Shown in pieces: positions 19,201-27,980 of a stretch of 64,000 nucleotides of DNA (position 1 is the stretch's first letter; every line of letters starts with the position of its first letter). Source of the DNA: a virus; the IMG/VR virus record IMGVR_UViG_3300030202_002193, positions 1 through 64,000 of that record. One strand, given 5' to 3'. A program made the position numbers and the translations under genes. Under the pieces are notes generated by a model. It saw only the letters and a list, made by a program, of their open reading frames with translations, was not told the DNA's origin and ran no database searches.

Positions 19201-20293
19201 TTGTATGGGCATCGTCGTCATCTCTTCTAGCATTAGGAAATGCTTTATCATAGTCTGTGAAATCTAGAGCGTGAACAGTATGTGCTTCATTAGAAGTATT
19301 AGTTTGAGGTGCATCTAAAGTTTTTAGATTATCTACAACAGTGGCTCTTAAATTGTATCTACTATAGTCTACAATGTCTTCTGCATAAGATGTAGTTGTT
19401 AAGAAAGTAGTTGTTATACCTGCATCTAAATCTACCACCCCGCTAGAATTAGTTGTTTGGCAATAAGAATAATATTTAGTTTCATGATTTAATTGCCCAT
19501 CTTTATCCATAGACTCATCAAAGAAGTAAAATAAAGGACGGGAAACATGTAAATCAAATTGTAAATCCATTTTAATTCCAGCAGATATGGCCAAAGGATA
19601 GGTAGTTTTTGCTGGCCCCTTAAATAGCATAAACTTAGTTCCTTTAGAGATTTCTTCCCCTAATCTCGGCTCAAATTCAAAAGAGTCTCCCGTAATATCG
19701 CCACTAGTAACTTGAGTTACTTTAGCAAAGTGATGCAAGTTCTTATCATCCGAATGTAATAAAACAAAATAATGATAATTCGTGAAGTCGGAATCGCTAT
19801 AATTGGAAGTAGCGTCAATTAATTGGAATCCCTCTCCACTTTGAGCATCATAACATTTTATTCTATATCCTTCAGTATTCGCTAAGTTTTCTCTTTCTGT
19901 ATTAGCAGTAGATGTACCTACTTCTCTAAATTCCAAACTAGTGTTACTATCATCTCCAAAAATCCCTGTGTAGAGTCTATCAGTAGAAGATAAAGTCTTA
20001 GCCAAATTCATGTGAGGATTTGTCGGAACATCATAATTTACCGGAGTATAGTTCCACCCGCTTCCTACGGAACCTGTTGTCGCTTTACTCAAAGTTATTT
20101 GGCTACTACTATCAATACTCTTAATGAAAGTATTTTCTGGGATATTAGAATGTCCCGTAACTTTCATCCCTACAGTTAAATTAGTTGTGCCTACAGAAGT
20201 AACTGTAGCAGTAGAACCACTAGCAGTTCCACTAAAACCGTTATAATATTCCTTCCATTTTCCGGTAGCAAGTATATTTAGCCTATCGCTCAT
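13283..20293 (-). CDS. Giant minor tail / tail-tip protein, 2336 aa
   Basis: S/T/D-rich; C-terminal NEIIVYG...LRAGDVV...VLQIEH hub-like region; located in the tail module. Confidence 0.7.
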   Translation of the reverse strand: MSDRLNILATGKWKEYYNGFSGTASGSTATVTSVGTTNLTVGMKVTGHSNIPENTFIKSIDSSSQITLSKATTGSVGSGWNYTPVNYDVPTNPHMNLAKTLSSTDRLYTGIFGDDSNTSLEFREVGTSTANTERENLANTEGYRIKCYDAQSGEGFQLIDATSNYSDSDFTNYHYFVLLHSDDKNLHHFAKVTQVTSGDITGDSFEFEPRLGEEISKGTKFMLFKGPAKTTYPLAISAGIKMDLQFDLHVSRPLFYFFDESMDKDGQLNHETKYYSYCQTTNSSGVVDLDAGITTTFLTTTSYAEDIVDYSRYNLRATVVDNLKTLDAPQTNTSNEAHTVHALDFTDYDKAFPNARRDDDDAHTTLQFRGPRRYLHYKYSPDKSNEVFGVFDNIIYESYGQRGGYAETKVADMFRIQNKKIAENESYRIRHKVHRASLDDWFDLDVEVLSASSPTYTFTTDYDLGDFLNANDEIKIGNTLFIINSIGTFTAATGTTPASQPITLKTNTNKYHKTDGVSGEFLFSSDPTISVGDKLYRRAFNRVDGTILTDFPLVPNRYDNLFINLISDDFSFIRATVTNVDSEKKLMTLAFTNKSYGTGANSALDWISGDYQIEIEKFNGTIENINYYQESGQRIIDISGRNGYSKLLSPAVNKNTLHSQDIIYSSNSPFNDVTLITGSPSLTCSFDSKVVDFSSTHHFDSTGSPAYSESTDVGTHVYAYHTDHANVSYVGKIATVNSSTRVTLENYALVESDPTSSPSSAAVGAKATSKHYMFNKALSTNSFQNTSTDLTAASNKGLFFESGQSLTSAGAESATLIGTSASDDSRALGYYLSDTVKIKSDSMFQARLDDNASIKTYQNFDTVNTLIDFSILSIKNLDNKQLVEIAPYIPLTLGRVDINFANTQDTTFTDLGACTTGTSGNSYFTIDKDAGGGTTTSDALLSTTASPRKLHNKPVYANGVFLGKIITVTLHTDHDTIYVYLDRKLTSTISTHTIQILAESTFLETGKLTHELALLNAGHLHTGKIISLLSPHVNSDSLYKTLSMNYPFYYGDRADEFYYSEKYGSPYFRIINLEKGNYNRINTTSTTDIKDVSEYYLETVSKVPYYASSYRFGLGNYIESFSEDYPIIGVGKTGKNASADFSTHRLPESRGNTSVYGSRFFDSDLHHNGASAQRVLFTHDPTITNVVADVAGTHENIFTAKDHLDLLDYKVSRMFLFATSDLHPYSSERHDSLMYSGQEDYPITRDISNYNFLALETPIETSSSDIKEGTIGKTNTLTLNDSNYSSASIESADRTISELKRFSLMRLTEVVIDWAFNQIDPENIISKERVLPMFKYSCFNFHSLATCFSSSEVATGDYNDYQITGCSYNNGTTITHPSNTSIKAGMPVQGSGIPLGATISSITDATHFELSETTTGGSLSSQTLTFGSYIATDTSVNPSTILAPPRTIIADSNGRYIGEHAATEGSGSSWKIILMDKARKTNGTSYFAGTLFLLDEMRNFNGTAHQDMVPTIRGHGKGDTFVKIKEEVHMMKSIVMNDVGNPSGAAHYGHGTSSAWYRENAEHLDTAALGSAEKSFNTYLPIDLDSTSIFGDTSEAASQITDHPYQLFGTWHGSLGEPDSNDAAGNECLYNPFLPIFLDRFNVEDGGGSLVSKGTVGGPVESISFRSSQNAGTDFCLVGMGLLNDFAEHEDGIGSHANRTYAKDADGVMMGFKPRLYLETGSPYGNKAAGNRDIYHYVIELDTDVTSITFFDEDDTDAATGDGVNSRPFANINRKSLRLMNDLTGCYLVSEKGKYYDDEFVVQTYSGLLANTPSLNEQTPNIIAYVISHEIDTTNTVERHILTLDTEIVTDFYRVMQPNHVCFYKHSPKKIRLNTLSSAYTKISGEDGCYEPSEINSYMVRDTSGGRSFTRFHNTGGREAALSMYVAIDTDAQSDSSFIVQRLPDKMESLLTPNSDFVVAVSDGDNVYKTSMTYKDNGDDIGHFLSFDKMEETLGVASISETLTLTVNGELSSNAKRGMIGSVANICYEGDDLVNDLLESNDIEFASEDSSFPYFLAPNYKGIDLFSAINLILNKKEKTLLEKPATTTVYDPKESTFSLVNKTSTSNFPKVLLSDDGSHQIFEYSKAKSLFDFYNEIIVYGKVHKGIRKDLRSIQRVGRKTLEVYEKDLTSQEAVNERAGELLRVHSGDNVRLNITVGHTNISQLRAGDVVQVELRKEGVELDDYIVLQIEHSFTGMLKLELGKYSKQLEDRFSELLAANKKIHADIRAKEFDERSVSYDLLDSFNIKVSKLLVRKVSSTGGTTLGFGSALNTSTTPMGFSGGSTDTITNLVEEEY

Positions 20294-21426
20294 AAGTCCA
20301 CCTCTTCGAATCTAAAGTAAAATAATGTATTGTCAAAATTAGGTAGGAGATTAAACACTCCTTTGAATTCCTTTCTAGCGACATTCATCATAGACATTTC
20401 GTGAATCTCTCCCATGAATTGTTTATTTGTGGTTGCAGAACCAGCACCCGTAGCCCCTGTACCATTCGCCCCTATGTAGGAATCTTCCCTAGCAAATGAA
20501 AAAGTAGCATCTGTAGAATGGGTATCTGTTTTAATGTTTCTACCGTTCAAGAAGATACTTAGTTTTCTATTTGATGCGTTAAAGGTACAGGCAACATGAA
20601 AAGTATCTTCAGTATAAATTGCCATTTGTTCATCTTTAATATATAGATTAGTTCCATCATCTATGCTAGTAGAATAGGAAGTAGTTAGTACAACAGATTG
20701 ACTTCCAGTAGAACCTCCTAGAGTATTAATTGTGCCTAGCGAAACAATCTCCCCTCCACTAACAATAAACACTTCTTGTTTATTGCCCGCAAACAAATCT
20801 GCGGCTTCGCTTGTGGTGAAATTAGTTCCACTATGACTAGAAATGGTAGCAACCTTTTTGTATTTTTTTCTGCCATCTGCATCTACAAATATACCATTCG
20901 TATGAGTAAATTGCCTACCGTTTCTAGCAGGTAAAATTATTTCATCAGTAGTATAAGTTTCAGTACTGCTTCCTAACTTTAGTCTAACTCTAATCTTATA
21001 TCTAGCAGGTTCGTTTTCGTTATGTAAAGTAGAATTAACTAAAGATATTTGAAAATTAGTATTATAAAATAACATCATTTCGTGTGTTAATCTAGCAGTT
21101 CTTGAAAGATATTTTTCACTTTGGTAATTGGCTTCATTTCCGGCAGTATAGACCGATTGAGAAAGTGCTGGCATAACTTTGTTACTACTATATGTTGGGC
21201 GGGTTCTTGAAGAATAAGTGCCATGACCGTTTATTTCATATGGCGTAATTATTGATTCAAAGGTAAATGAATCTTCATGCGCCCACAATCCGTAGGCTAC
21301 ATCGTTTGCAGTAGAAGAATCTCCTCCGGAATCTGCTACATTGTCACTGTAGCCTATCTTAACATGTCCGTTACACATAACAGGAAAAACCAACGCCCGT
21401 TGTTTTCCTGTAAGTATCTCATACAT
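20290..21426 (-). CDS. LamG/concanavalin A-like tail protein with inserted domain
   Basis: FTFESII...FHVACTF...IFLNG...YIGAN...FMGEIHE. Confidence 0.8.
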   Translation of the reverse strand: MYEILTGKQRALVFPVMCNGHVKIGYSDNVADSGGDSSTANDVAYGLWAHEDSFTFESIITPYEINGHGTYSSRTRPTYSSNKVMPALSQSVYTAGNEANYQSEKYLSRTARLTHEMMLFYNTNFQISLVNSTLHNENEPARYKIRVRLKLGSSTETYTTDEIILPARNGRQFTHTNGIFVDADGRKKYKKVATISSHSGTNFTTSEAADLFAGNKQEVFIVSGGEIVSLGTINTLGGSTGSQSVVLTTSYSTSIDDGTNLYIKDEQMAIYTEDTFHVACTFNASNRKLSIFLNGRNIKTDTHSTDATFSFAREDSYIGANGTGATGAGSATTNKQFMGEIHEMSMMNVARKEFKGVFNLLPNFDNTLFYFRFEEVDL

Positions 21427-21435
21427 TTAATCACC

Positions 21436-22059
21436 TCAAGGGAATACTGTTGCTACTTCAAATTGCATATTAAATGAAACCTCTACAGTATCAGAAGTAA
21501 AATCACAACCGAACTGTCTAATAAATCCTTTAACTCCGTCCGAAGTAGAAGAAGTAGGAAAGGCACTAGGCATAGGAACTAAGTAATTATCTAATTCATT
21601 GGCTTCTCCCCTAGAATGAAAAGTCCAAGGAATATTTCTTTCTGTAACTTGTGTAAAGGTTTCATCCACTGTAGAAGGAATCAAAAAGACTAATTCATCA
21701 AATGCTTGATGTATTGCTGCTCCTGTAGAATCTACTCCCGAAGCAATCATTTGAGCAATTTCGTGAGCAGTATAATTTAATGCTGCATTACCTGCATCAA
21801 ATATCGTATTATGACCACCCTTTCCATTTTTAGTTATTGTAGCGGGCATAATAAAACCTTGAAGGGTAATGGTTTTACTAGACATTCCTAAATCCAAAGC
21901 CGCAGTAGTCGCTTCTCCAAAAGTTAAACCGCTTACTGGAACCGGAAGAGAAGGTATTTGTTTATCAGTAGAAATACTAACGCTAGTAACATTTAGAGGG
22001 ATTACATTTTGCGTTAAACTTCCTTTATTTGCTTTAGTTTTTAGATATACATAACTCAT
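21436..22059 (-). CDS. Probable distal tail protein
   Basis: Immediately downstream of the tape measure gene; DLG...TITLQG. Confidence 0.55.
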   Translation of the reverse strand: MSYVYLKTKANKGSLTQNVIPLNVTSVSISTDKQIPSLPVPVSGLTFGEATTAALDLGMSSKTITLQGFIMPATITKNGKGGHNTIFDAGNAALNYTAHEIAQMIASGVDSTGAAIHQAFDELVFLIPSTVDETFTQVTERNIPWTFHSRGEANELDNYLVPMPSAFPTSSTSDGVKGFIRQFGCDFTSDTVEVSFNMQFEVATVFP

Positions 22060-22063
22060 TTAA

Positions 22064-23467
22064 TCACCCCAATGTTCTAGAAGAAGTACTTCTATTAATT
22101 TTATTATTTACCATATCCCCTATCTTATTTGCGATTCTTCTCATTTCTCCATCGGAAGTATCTCTAGCATTAATGGTAATGTTGATATTAGTAACGCCAC
22201 CGCCACCGCCAACCATACTCCTACTTTTTCTATTAGAATGTACTTTAGAACCTGCTGGAAGATTTACTAGTTCCGGACCCTTTTCTCCTACAAGAGCCAT
22301 TCCTCCATGAGAAGTACCTCCAGCATGGAAAACATCCCAATCGGATAGTTTATCCCAAAGCCACATTGCTATAACCATTACTCCTCCGATTATAATTGCT
22401 GGTAGAAGTATTGGTAGACCATACATCCATAATACCATAGCGGCCAAAGCACCTAAAGCAATTAAAGCCCATTGTTGCCAACTTAACCCCTTAAACCAAT
22501 CAATAGCCGCATTCCAAGCATCTTCAGCAAGTTGAGCCAAAGCAGAAAGACCTCCCATTAAAACAGTATATCCAAACTTTAGCAAGATATATGCACCGGC
22601 TACTAGTAAATCTAACATTGCAAATGCTAAATCTAAAAGAGAAGCATCTCCCATAAAGAAATCAAATATAGTAGAGAAACTTTCCCAAACAGTATCTATG
22701 GCAGTTGATATACTTTCAAAAAATCCTTCGAATGGTTCTATGAATCCAGTGTATAGAGACTGAACAGTACTCCAAAAAACCTTGAGGAATGTGCCTACTG
22801 CCATTATAACTAACATGGAAATAATAAAGAAGTTGAAGGCTTTAGATAATATAGTTCTTGCTAATTTCATAACTCCTAAAATAAGCCCCCCACTTTTACC
22901 AATCCAAGTAAATTTATTTCTTTTAAGCCAAGACAAAGCATTTCCACCTTTTTCTCTAGCACCTTTTCCAAAGGCCTGAATTTGGTCTAATCTTTTATTA
23001 ACTGCTTCTTTACGCCGACCAGCAAATCCTTTAGCCCCAACTCTAATACTTGTGGATTTATCGTCCATAATTCCTTTTATTCCTATTTGTTTGAAATCGC
23101 TTACCAAGCCCTTCATTCCCTTACCCATACTTTCGAAAGAAGGTATGTTTAGTTTTTCTGCAAAATTAGGGATTTTTAGTTTAGATAATTGCTTAATGCC
23201 TTTTCCTAGTAAAGAATTTTTTTTCATTATTTGTCCCATAGTAGTATCGTAAACCTTTCCTGTTGAAAGTAAACCGGTCTTGAATTTATTCAATATTGTA
23301 AAACTGCCCCTAAAGGTATAAAGAAAACTTTTAGCAAATCCCTTAAACCCGTCTTGGGCATTCATAAAGCCCGAAACCGCTTTACCTGCTTTAGTAAGTA
23401 CGCCTTCGTATTTTTCAGCAGCCTTTTCTGCCTTTTTCATGTCTTCTATCATTCTTTCAAAAGACAT
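22064..23467 (-). CDS. Tape measure protein
   Basis: Helical with hydrophobic segments; HAGG...VGEKGPELV; NINITIN; follows the chaperone genes. Confidence 0.8.
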   Translation of the reverse strand: MSFERMIEDMKKAEKAAEKYEGVLTKAGKAVSGFMNAQDGFKGFAKSFLYTFRGSFTILNKFKTGLLSTGKVYDTTMGQIMKKNSLLGKGIKQLSKLKIPNFAEKLNIPSFESMGKGMKGLVSDFKQIGIKGIMDDKSTSIRVGAKGFAGRRKEAVNKRLDQIQAFGKGAREKGGNALSWLKRNKFTWIGKSGGLILGVMKLARTILSKAFNFFIISMLVIMAVGTFLKVFWSTVQSLYTGFIEPFEGFFESISTAIDTVWESFSTIFDFFMGDASLLDLAFAMLDLLVAGAYILLKFGYTVLMGGLSALAQLAEDAWNAAIDWFKGLSWQQWALIALGALAAMVLWMYGLPILLPAIIIGGVMVIAMWLWDKLSDWDVFHAGGTSHGGMALVGEKGPELVNLPAGSKVHSNRKSRSMVGGGGGVTNINITINARDTSDGEMRRIANKIGDMVNNKINRSTSSRTLG

Positions 23468-23471
23468 ACTA

Positions 23472-23678
23472 TCACTTCATTTTCTTGGTTTGCTTTTGCA
23501 TTTCTTCCGCTTTAATTTCTTCAACGATTCCATGTATTGCTAATAAATCCTGTACTAATTGGGCTGGCATCTGATAAATTTCTAATGGGCTTATCCCTAA
23601 CGCTTGTGCCAAGGAGTAGACGACTAAGAGGCTTCCTGTTTGGGCATCTGCTTTTCCAGCCCTAATGTTTCGCCTCAT
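23472..23678 (-). CDS. Tail assembly chaperone frameshift extension (gpT-like)
   Basis: Lies in the -1 frame after A AAA AAC; LAQALGISPLEIYQMP. Confidence 0.75.
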   Translation of the reverse strand: MRRNIRAGKADAQTGSLLVVYSLAQALGISPLEIYQMPAQLVQDLLAIHGIVEEIKAEEMQKQTKKMK

Positions 23679-24043
23679 TACTCGTTTTTTTCTTCATCCC
23701 CCGACATTAATTCGAAAGGATTAGGCATCACTTCTTTTATTTGATTCCCTACAAAGGGAGTGAGTCTGATTAAATCAACCGTGGATAGGCTCGGTTCAGT
23801 TCTTTCTATGAAGTTCTCAATCATATAACGATACATTGCATTCAAATCCAAATCAAAAGTTTGGCTTTTTGCATCAATGTTCATTAAGGAATTAGCGGCC
23901 TTTTCTACTTCTAGCCAAGTCGGTTCCTTAATCCAAATCTTTAGGTATTCGTCACTATCCGGTGCTACTTGAATCCAGTGGCACTTTGCTTCTGTGAGTG
24001 CAAACATTACACTCTTGTTACTTACTATTTTTTTGTTTAACAT
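23678..24043 (-). CDS. Tail assembly chaperone (gpG-like)
   Basis: Between tail tube and tape measure; ends EEKNE over a slippery site. Confidence 0.75.
   Translation of the reverse strand: MLNKKIVSNKSVMFALTEAKCHWIQVAPDSDEYLKIWIKEPTWLEVEKAANSLMNIDAKSQTFDLDLNAMYRYMIENFIERTEPSLSTVDLIRLTPFVGNQIKEVMPNPFELMSGDEEKNE
23684..23690 (-). promoter_or_regulatory. Programmed -1 ribosomal frameshift heptamer A AAA AAC
   Basis: GAA GAA AAA AAC GAG TAA; the -1 frame reads CGA GTA ATG AGG into the next ORF. Confidence 0.8.
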
Positions 24044-24092
24044 ATCTTCCACCTACTAAACCAACAAACGAACAAACGGTGTTGGTGGAATA

Positions 24093-24197
24093 TCATTCTG
24101 TAGTTTCTTCTTTAATTACCTCTTTCTTTGGTCGGCCCTTTTTCTTAGATTCAGATTTTCTTTTTTCTGCTAATTTTCTTTTTTCGTACATATCCAT
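24093..24197 (-). CDS. 34-aa basic peptide with AT-hook-like KKGRPKK
   Basis: GGGTGA RBS; MDMYEKRKLAEKRKSESKKKGRPKKEVIKEETTE. Confidence 0.55.
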   Translation of the reverse strand: MDMYEKRKLAEKRKSESKKKGRPKKEVIKEETTE

Positions 24198-24202
24198 CAA
24201 AA

Positions 24203-25828
24203 TCACCCTTGTAATTTCCAATGAGTTTTGACAGTACATTCTTTCAAATCTCTAGGCTTTACCTTTGCTTCAACAGTAATTGGCCCTTTATCTTCCGGTA
24301 TTGTAAAGGTTGCACTTTCTAGGAAATAGTTCTTGAAGGAGATATTAATTTCTTCTCCATTAGGCTTGTCGAATTGCAAATCAATTAGTCCATCAGTGGC
24401 AAAGTTAGTTCCATTTGTAACTGCGCTAGTTCCTGTGTTTTCATTTCTATTGAATAATTCTTCAAAGAGCAAATCATCTGTAACTAAAGCAGTAAAAGAC
24501 AATTCGTACATTCTATTGGATGGAATAGCATCTTGAATAGAAGTATTCCCAACCCCAATGAATCTCTTTTCCTGTAGGTTATTATTAATCGTTAGAGTAA
24601 GATTTGTAATCTTTAAGAACTGCTGGCCGAATGCACTGAAACTTCCTCTAGAGAAAAAGAATGGTTCTAAAAACTCGTCAGATTCATAATTAAATAACAA
24701 AGTATTATCCAAACCTGCACCGCCCCTAGACTCATAATTCTCATTTTGCTTTAGTTTATGAACGGCCCTTGTGTTTAACTCCATAGTCATTTTAACTTCT
24801 TCATTTTCATTAGCGGTCATAGTAAAGGTATTTACTCTATTTCCTCTAGCAATTCGTACAAAATTAGTGTCTTCTAGCGTTGCATTAGTATTGGTATGAT
24901 ATGGGGTATCACCAGACAATTTGCTAATAGTCTGCTCTAAAGAAAACGAAGGAAGTTCGTCATTATTAGATTCTTTGAATTCGTAAGTAATTGCTTTAGT
25001 TATGCTTGAAGGAGTAACAGGAACATCTAGTTTTTCTATCTTCGATTGTAAATCCACATGTTTTAGAATAGGAGGAGTTAGCGCAGTACTAGAAACTCCG
25101 GTAGCCGCATAGCCGGTCTTATAGAAAATAGGTCCACCTTGTTCTGTATGGGTTTCTAAAGTTTTAGCACCCGCCCCTTGGTCGTTAGAATCAATATAAA
25201 TCTCACCAGCAGTACCCGCTAAAGGGTTGGTTATGGTGGAGTTTAACATGGTAGCGGTTAGGCTATCACATTTTCCTAAAGCATAATAAAGCCAAGCACC
25301 GTGATTCGCCATAAAGTTTAGACTACCACCACTAGCAGTTTCTATTCCCTTGTATTGGTAAGTCATGTTTCTTGAGCCGCCAAGAGCAAGGTTCATTTGC
25401 TTTACTTCAACTTCTACATTAGGAAATTCTGCACTTTCTAAAAGACCAAGCCAATTATCAGCATTTAGTCTAGCAGTAGAAGAACCAGTAGAATATCTTT
25501 GGCCAACGCAAGGTGCGCCATATGGCCTAATCACACAAAAATATCCGCTAGTAGCAGTAGCAGTATGGGCCGGAGTAATCTGTATAGAAGTAGAAGAATT
25601 TCCCGTAATAGTACAAATAGAATTAGGAGTGGTAGCCGAACTATTGTATATTTCTACAGTGCATCCTACATAAATATCTTCCACTAAAAGATAAGAATTT
25701 TGGAAATCTGCTACAGGAATTAGGTTAGTGGTACTACTAGTACTATCGTTCAATTCTATGTATAAATGCGTTTCAGGAATGAATGTTAAACTTGCGCCGC
25801 TTCCTAAAAATATATCTGTGTTTGTCAT
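24203..25828 (-). CDS. Major tail tube protein with inserted domains
   Basis: LPSFSLEQ, VNTFTMT, ITNLTLTINNNL tube-like motifs; upstream of the chaperones. Confidence 0.75.
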   Translation of the reverse strand: MTNTDIFLGSGASLTFIPETHLYIELNDSTSSTTNLIPVADFQNSYLLVEDIYVGCTVEIYNSSATTPNSICTITGNSSTSIQITPAHTATATSGYFCVIRPYGAPCVGQRYSTGSSTARLNADNWLGLLESAEFPNVEVEVKQMNLALGGSRNMTYQYKGIETASGGSLNFMANHGAWLYYALGKCDSLTATMLNSTITNPLAGTAGEIYIDSNDQGAGAKTLETHTEQGGPIFYKTGYAATGVSSTALTPPILKHVDLQSKIEKLDVPVTPSSITKAITYEFKESNNDELPSFSLEQTISKLSGDTPYHTNTNATLEDTNFVRIARGNRVNTFTMTANENEEVKMTMELNTRAVHKLKQNENYESRGGAGLDNTLLFNYESDEFLEPFFFSRGSFSAFGQQFLKITNLTLTINNNLQEKRFIGVGNTSIQDAIPSNRMYELSFTALVTDDLLFEELFNRNENTGTSAVTNGTNFATDGLIDLQFDKPNGEEINISFKNYFLESATFTIPEDKGPITVEAKVKPRDLKECTVKTHWKLQG

Positions 25829-25853
25829 GTTCTTCCTCTCCCTTACTTACTTA

Positions 25854-26366
25854 CTATGGGACCGAGAGTGCGAATCTTTTTACTTCTATGCTAATTTTAT
25901 ATCCGAAAATTCTTTTCTTCCTGTCATTTGATTCGCTTCTAGCCCCAACAAAAATCTGATTAAATCTAGAACCGTCGCTCGCAGTATATCCGGTTCGCTT
26001 CCCCTCAAGCACATGACGAGTAATCAAGTATAAAGCCCTTAGCCTATCTTTGCCAAAGTCAGCGTCCGTTCCGGCTCTTTCATCTTGAACATGTCGAATG
26101 TGAATTGTAAACGAATAACTTTCGTTGCGTACATCATAATGTACTGTCGGATAATCTACAGTTTGACTATCTTCAAAAATGACAATTAAATCTTTTAATG
26201 ATAAATCGTATCGACTTCCACGGTTTGCTTCCATACTTCGAATGTCAATTATATTTGGCTTACCAATATGGTCACTAGAAATTGTACCTGCGCTTTGTAA
26301 AGTAGTAGCGGAACTAGACCAATTATTATCTAAGAGGTCAATTAATAGACTAACTTCATCCATCAT
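25854..26366 (-). CDS. Probable tail completion/terminator protein
   Basis: Size and position just upstream of the tail tube gene. Confidence 0.5.
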   Translation of the reverse strand: MMDEVSLLIDLLDNNWSSSATTLQSAGTISSDHIGKPNIIDIRSMEANRGSRYDLSLKDLIVIFEDSQTVDYPTVHYDVRNESYSFTIHIRHVQDERAGTDADFGKDRLRALYLITRHVLEGKRTGYTASDGSRFNQIFVGARSESNDRKKRIFGYKISIEVKRFALSVP

Positions 26367-26572
26367 TCCATCCCCTTGAGTGCTTCTTCTAGCCTATCTT
26401 TCATTACTCTTTCCATATATTCAGCAATCTTGGCTTCTGCATTTGCAATCATTTCACCTTCAGAAAATGTAAAATCTACTCTTAGCAATTTAGATATTTC
26501 TAACATTTGTAGATTTCTTTCTTTTTCTATTTCTAGATATTTCTGAAATTGTTGAGAAAGATTGCCAAACAT
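26363..26572 (-). CDS. Hypothetical protein
   Basis: ORF in operon with RBS. Confidence 0.6.
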   Translation of the reverse strand: MFGNLSQQFQKYLEIEKERNLQMLEISKLLRVDFTFSEGEMIANAEAKIAEYMERVMKDRLEEALKGME

Positions 26573-26579
26573 ATTATCA

Positions 26580-26852
26580 CTACTTAAATTCTACCCAAAT
26601 AGTGTCTTGGCTAGTCTGTTGTATTTTATATTCTGGATGATTATTAATTTCATTAATAAAATCTTGAGGAGTAATTCCATGCGGATGTGCAGAAACCACA
26701 TTTGGTCTCCTATCTTTATTCTCGTCAAATCTAACCATGACGGCATTAGGTCGGCTTTGTTGTAGAACATATTTAACCAATTTAATAAAACTTCTAGGGC
26801 GCATCGGCCCCGCTTGCGGTAGTTCGTTTTTAATTATTTTTTTCCAATCCAT
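26580..26852 (-). CDS. W-x-x-I-L-K leader protein (MDWKKIIKN)
   Basis: Shared N-terminal leader; GAGTGA RBS. Confidence 0.7.
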   Translation of the reverse strand: MDWKKIIKNELPQAGPMRPRSFIKLVKYVLQQSRPNAVMVRFDENKDRRPNVVSAHPHGITPQDFINEINNHPEYKIQQTSQDTIWVEFK

Positions 26853-26857
26853 ATTAA

Positions 26858-27979
26858 TCACTCAATAATATACACAATATCCTTCTTACCATCTAGTATT
26901 TCCATAGCCTCTTTCTTCAAGATGTCATACTTTTCCTTAGTGGTAATGTTAGCCCCTGTTTCAGCAATAAGAATAGTTTGGTCATCATGTCGTAATATTT
27001 CTGCGGCGGCTAATTTTGTAGCGGCTTCGTGTATTGCAGAAGGAACTCTAGAATCTCCAGCAATGTATGAAACAATTACGGAGTTTTCTGTATGATAAGG
27101 ATAGTCTTTCAAGAAGAATAGCCTTCCTTCATTTCCAATTTTCCAAAAACTTCCTATTCTTTTCATGTCTTGCTTATCTGTAAATTGGTCAATAGTAATG
27201 GAATCGGCAACGCTTCCGGAAGTAACAGTAGCCGCTATAACACAATCAGAACCATCCTCTCCTTCTAAAAGAGATGAGATGTTAATTTTAGTTCCATCAT
27301 CGGGGTCGCTACTTGCATAAAAGAAATCTGAAACATTAAAGTTAGTAGCACCATCTTCAGTCAATTCCTTTCTGTTATCTGCCCCAGTAAAAGAAGCAGT
27401 TTTAGCAGGGTATTGTTCGTTAATTAGGGAAACTATTTCTCTAACAGTAGTCTTAGTTCCAAATTTTTTATTAAAATTAGAATCAGACAAAGAAGAACCT
27501 ACATTATTGCTGGCAGTTAAAGTAAATGTAGTAGACCCATCAGGTAATGTTAAGGTTATCGTGTCTAATTTAGCGTAGTCTAAAATCTGAATGCTTCCCG
27601 ATGCCGATGCTAATTCCTTATATCCGCTACCCTGCCAAACCTGTAAACTTACAATTTTTCTAACTTTCATATGTTGTAACTGAACGAACCCTACATATCC
27701 GCCATAGTAAGAATCCGCAGGGTTTCTACTAAAATTAAAATTATGGACTTCATGCTCATGTCTAATAGGACGATAAGAACGCTTAACCTTATCATCAATC
27801 ATTCCCTCTACCCGTTTAATTATAGAACCTACTTGTGTTTGCGTAGGATTAGTACCAGCACCAAAGGCCGGTATCTGTAGTAAGTCTGAAATCGCCCCCT
27901 TATCTGTATAAAATCCTTGTCCTATCGAATAGTCTGCGTTAATTGTAGTATAGTCGCTAGGGGAAAATACGGTTGGCAT
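26858..27979 (-). CDS. Head-tail adaptor-like protein with inserted domain
   Basis: IKRVEGMID...; VSYIAG...VPSAIHEAATKLAA pattern. Confidence 0.6.
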   Translation of the reverse strand: MPTVFSPSDYTTINADYSIGQGFYTDKGAISDLLQIPAFGAGTNPTQTQVGSIIKRVEGMIDDKVKRSYRPIRHEHEVHNFNFSRNPADSYYGGYVGFVQLQHMKVRKIVSLQVWQGSGYKELASASGSIQILDYAKLDTITLTLPDGSTTFTLTASNNVGSSLSDSNFNKKFGTKTTVREIVSLINEQYPAKTASFTGADNRKELTEDGATNFNVSDFFYASSDPDDGTKINISSLLEGEDGSDCVIAATVTSGSVADSITIDQFTDKQDMKRIGSFWKIGNEGRLFFLKDYPYHTENSVIVSYIAGDSRVPSAIHEAATKLAAAEILRHDDQTILIAETGANITTKEKYDILKKEAMEILDGKKDIVYIIE

Positions 27980-27980
27980 A

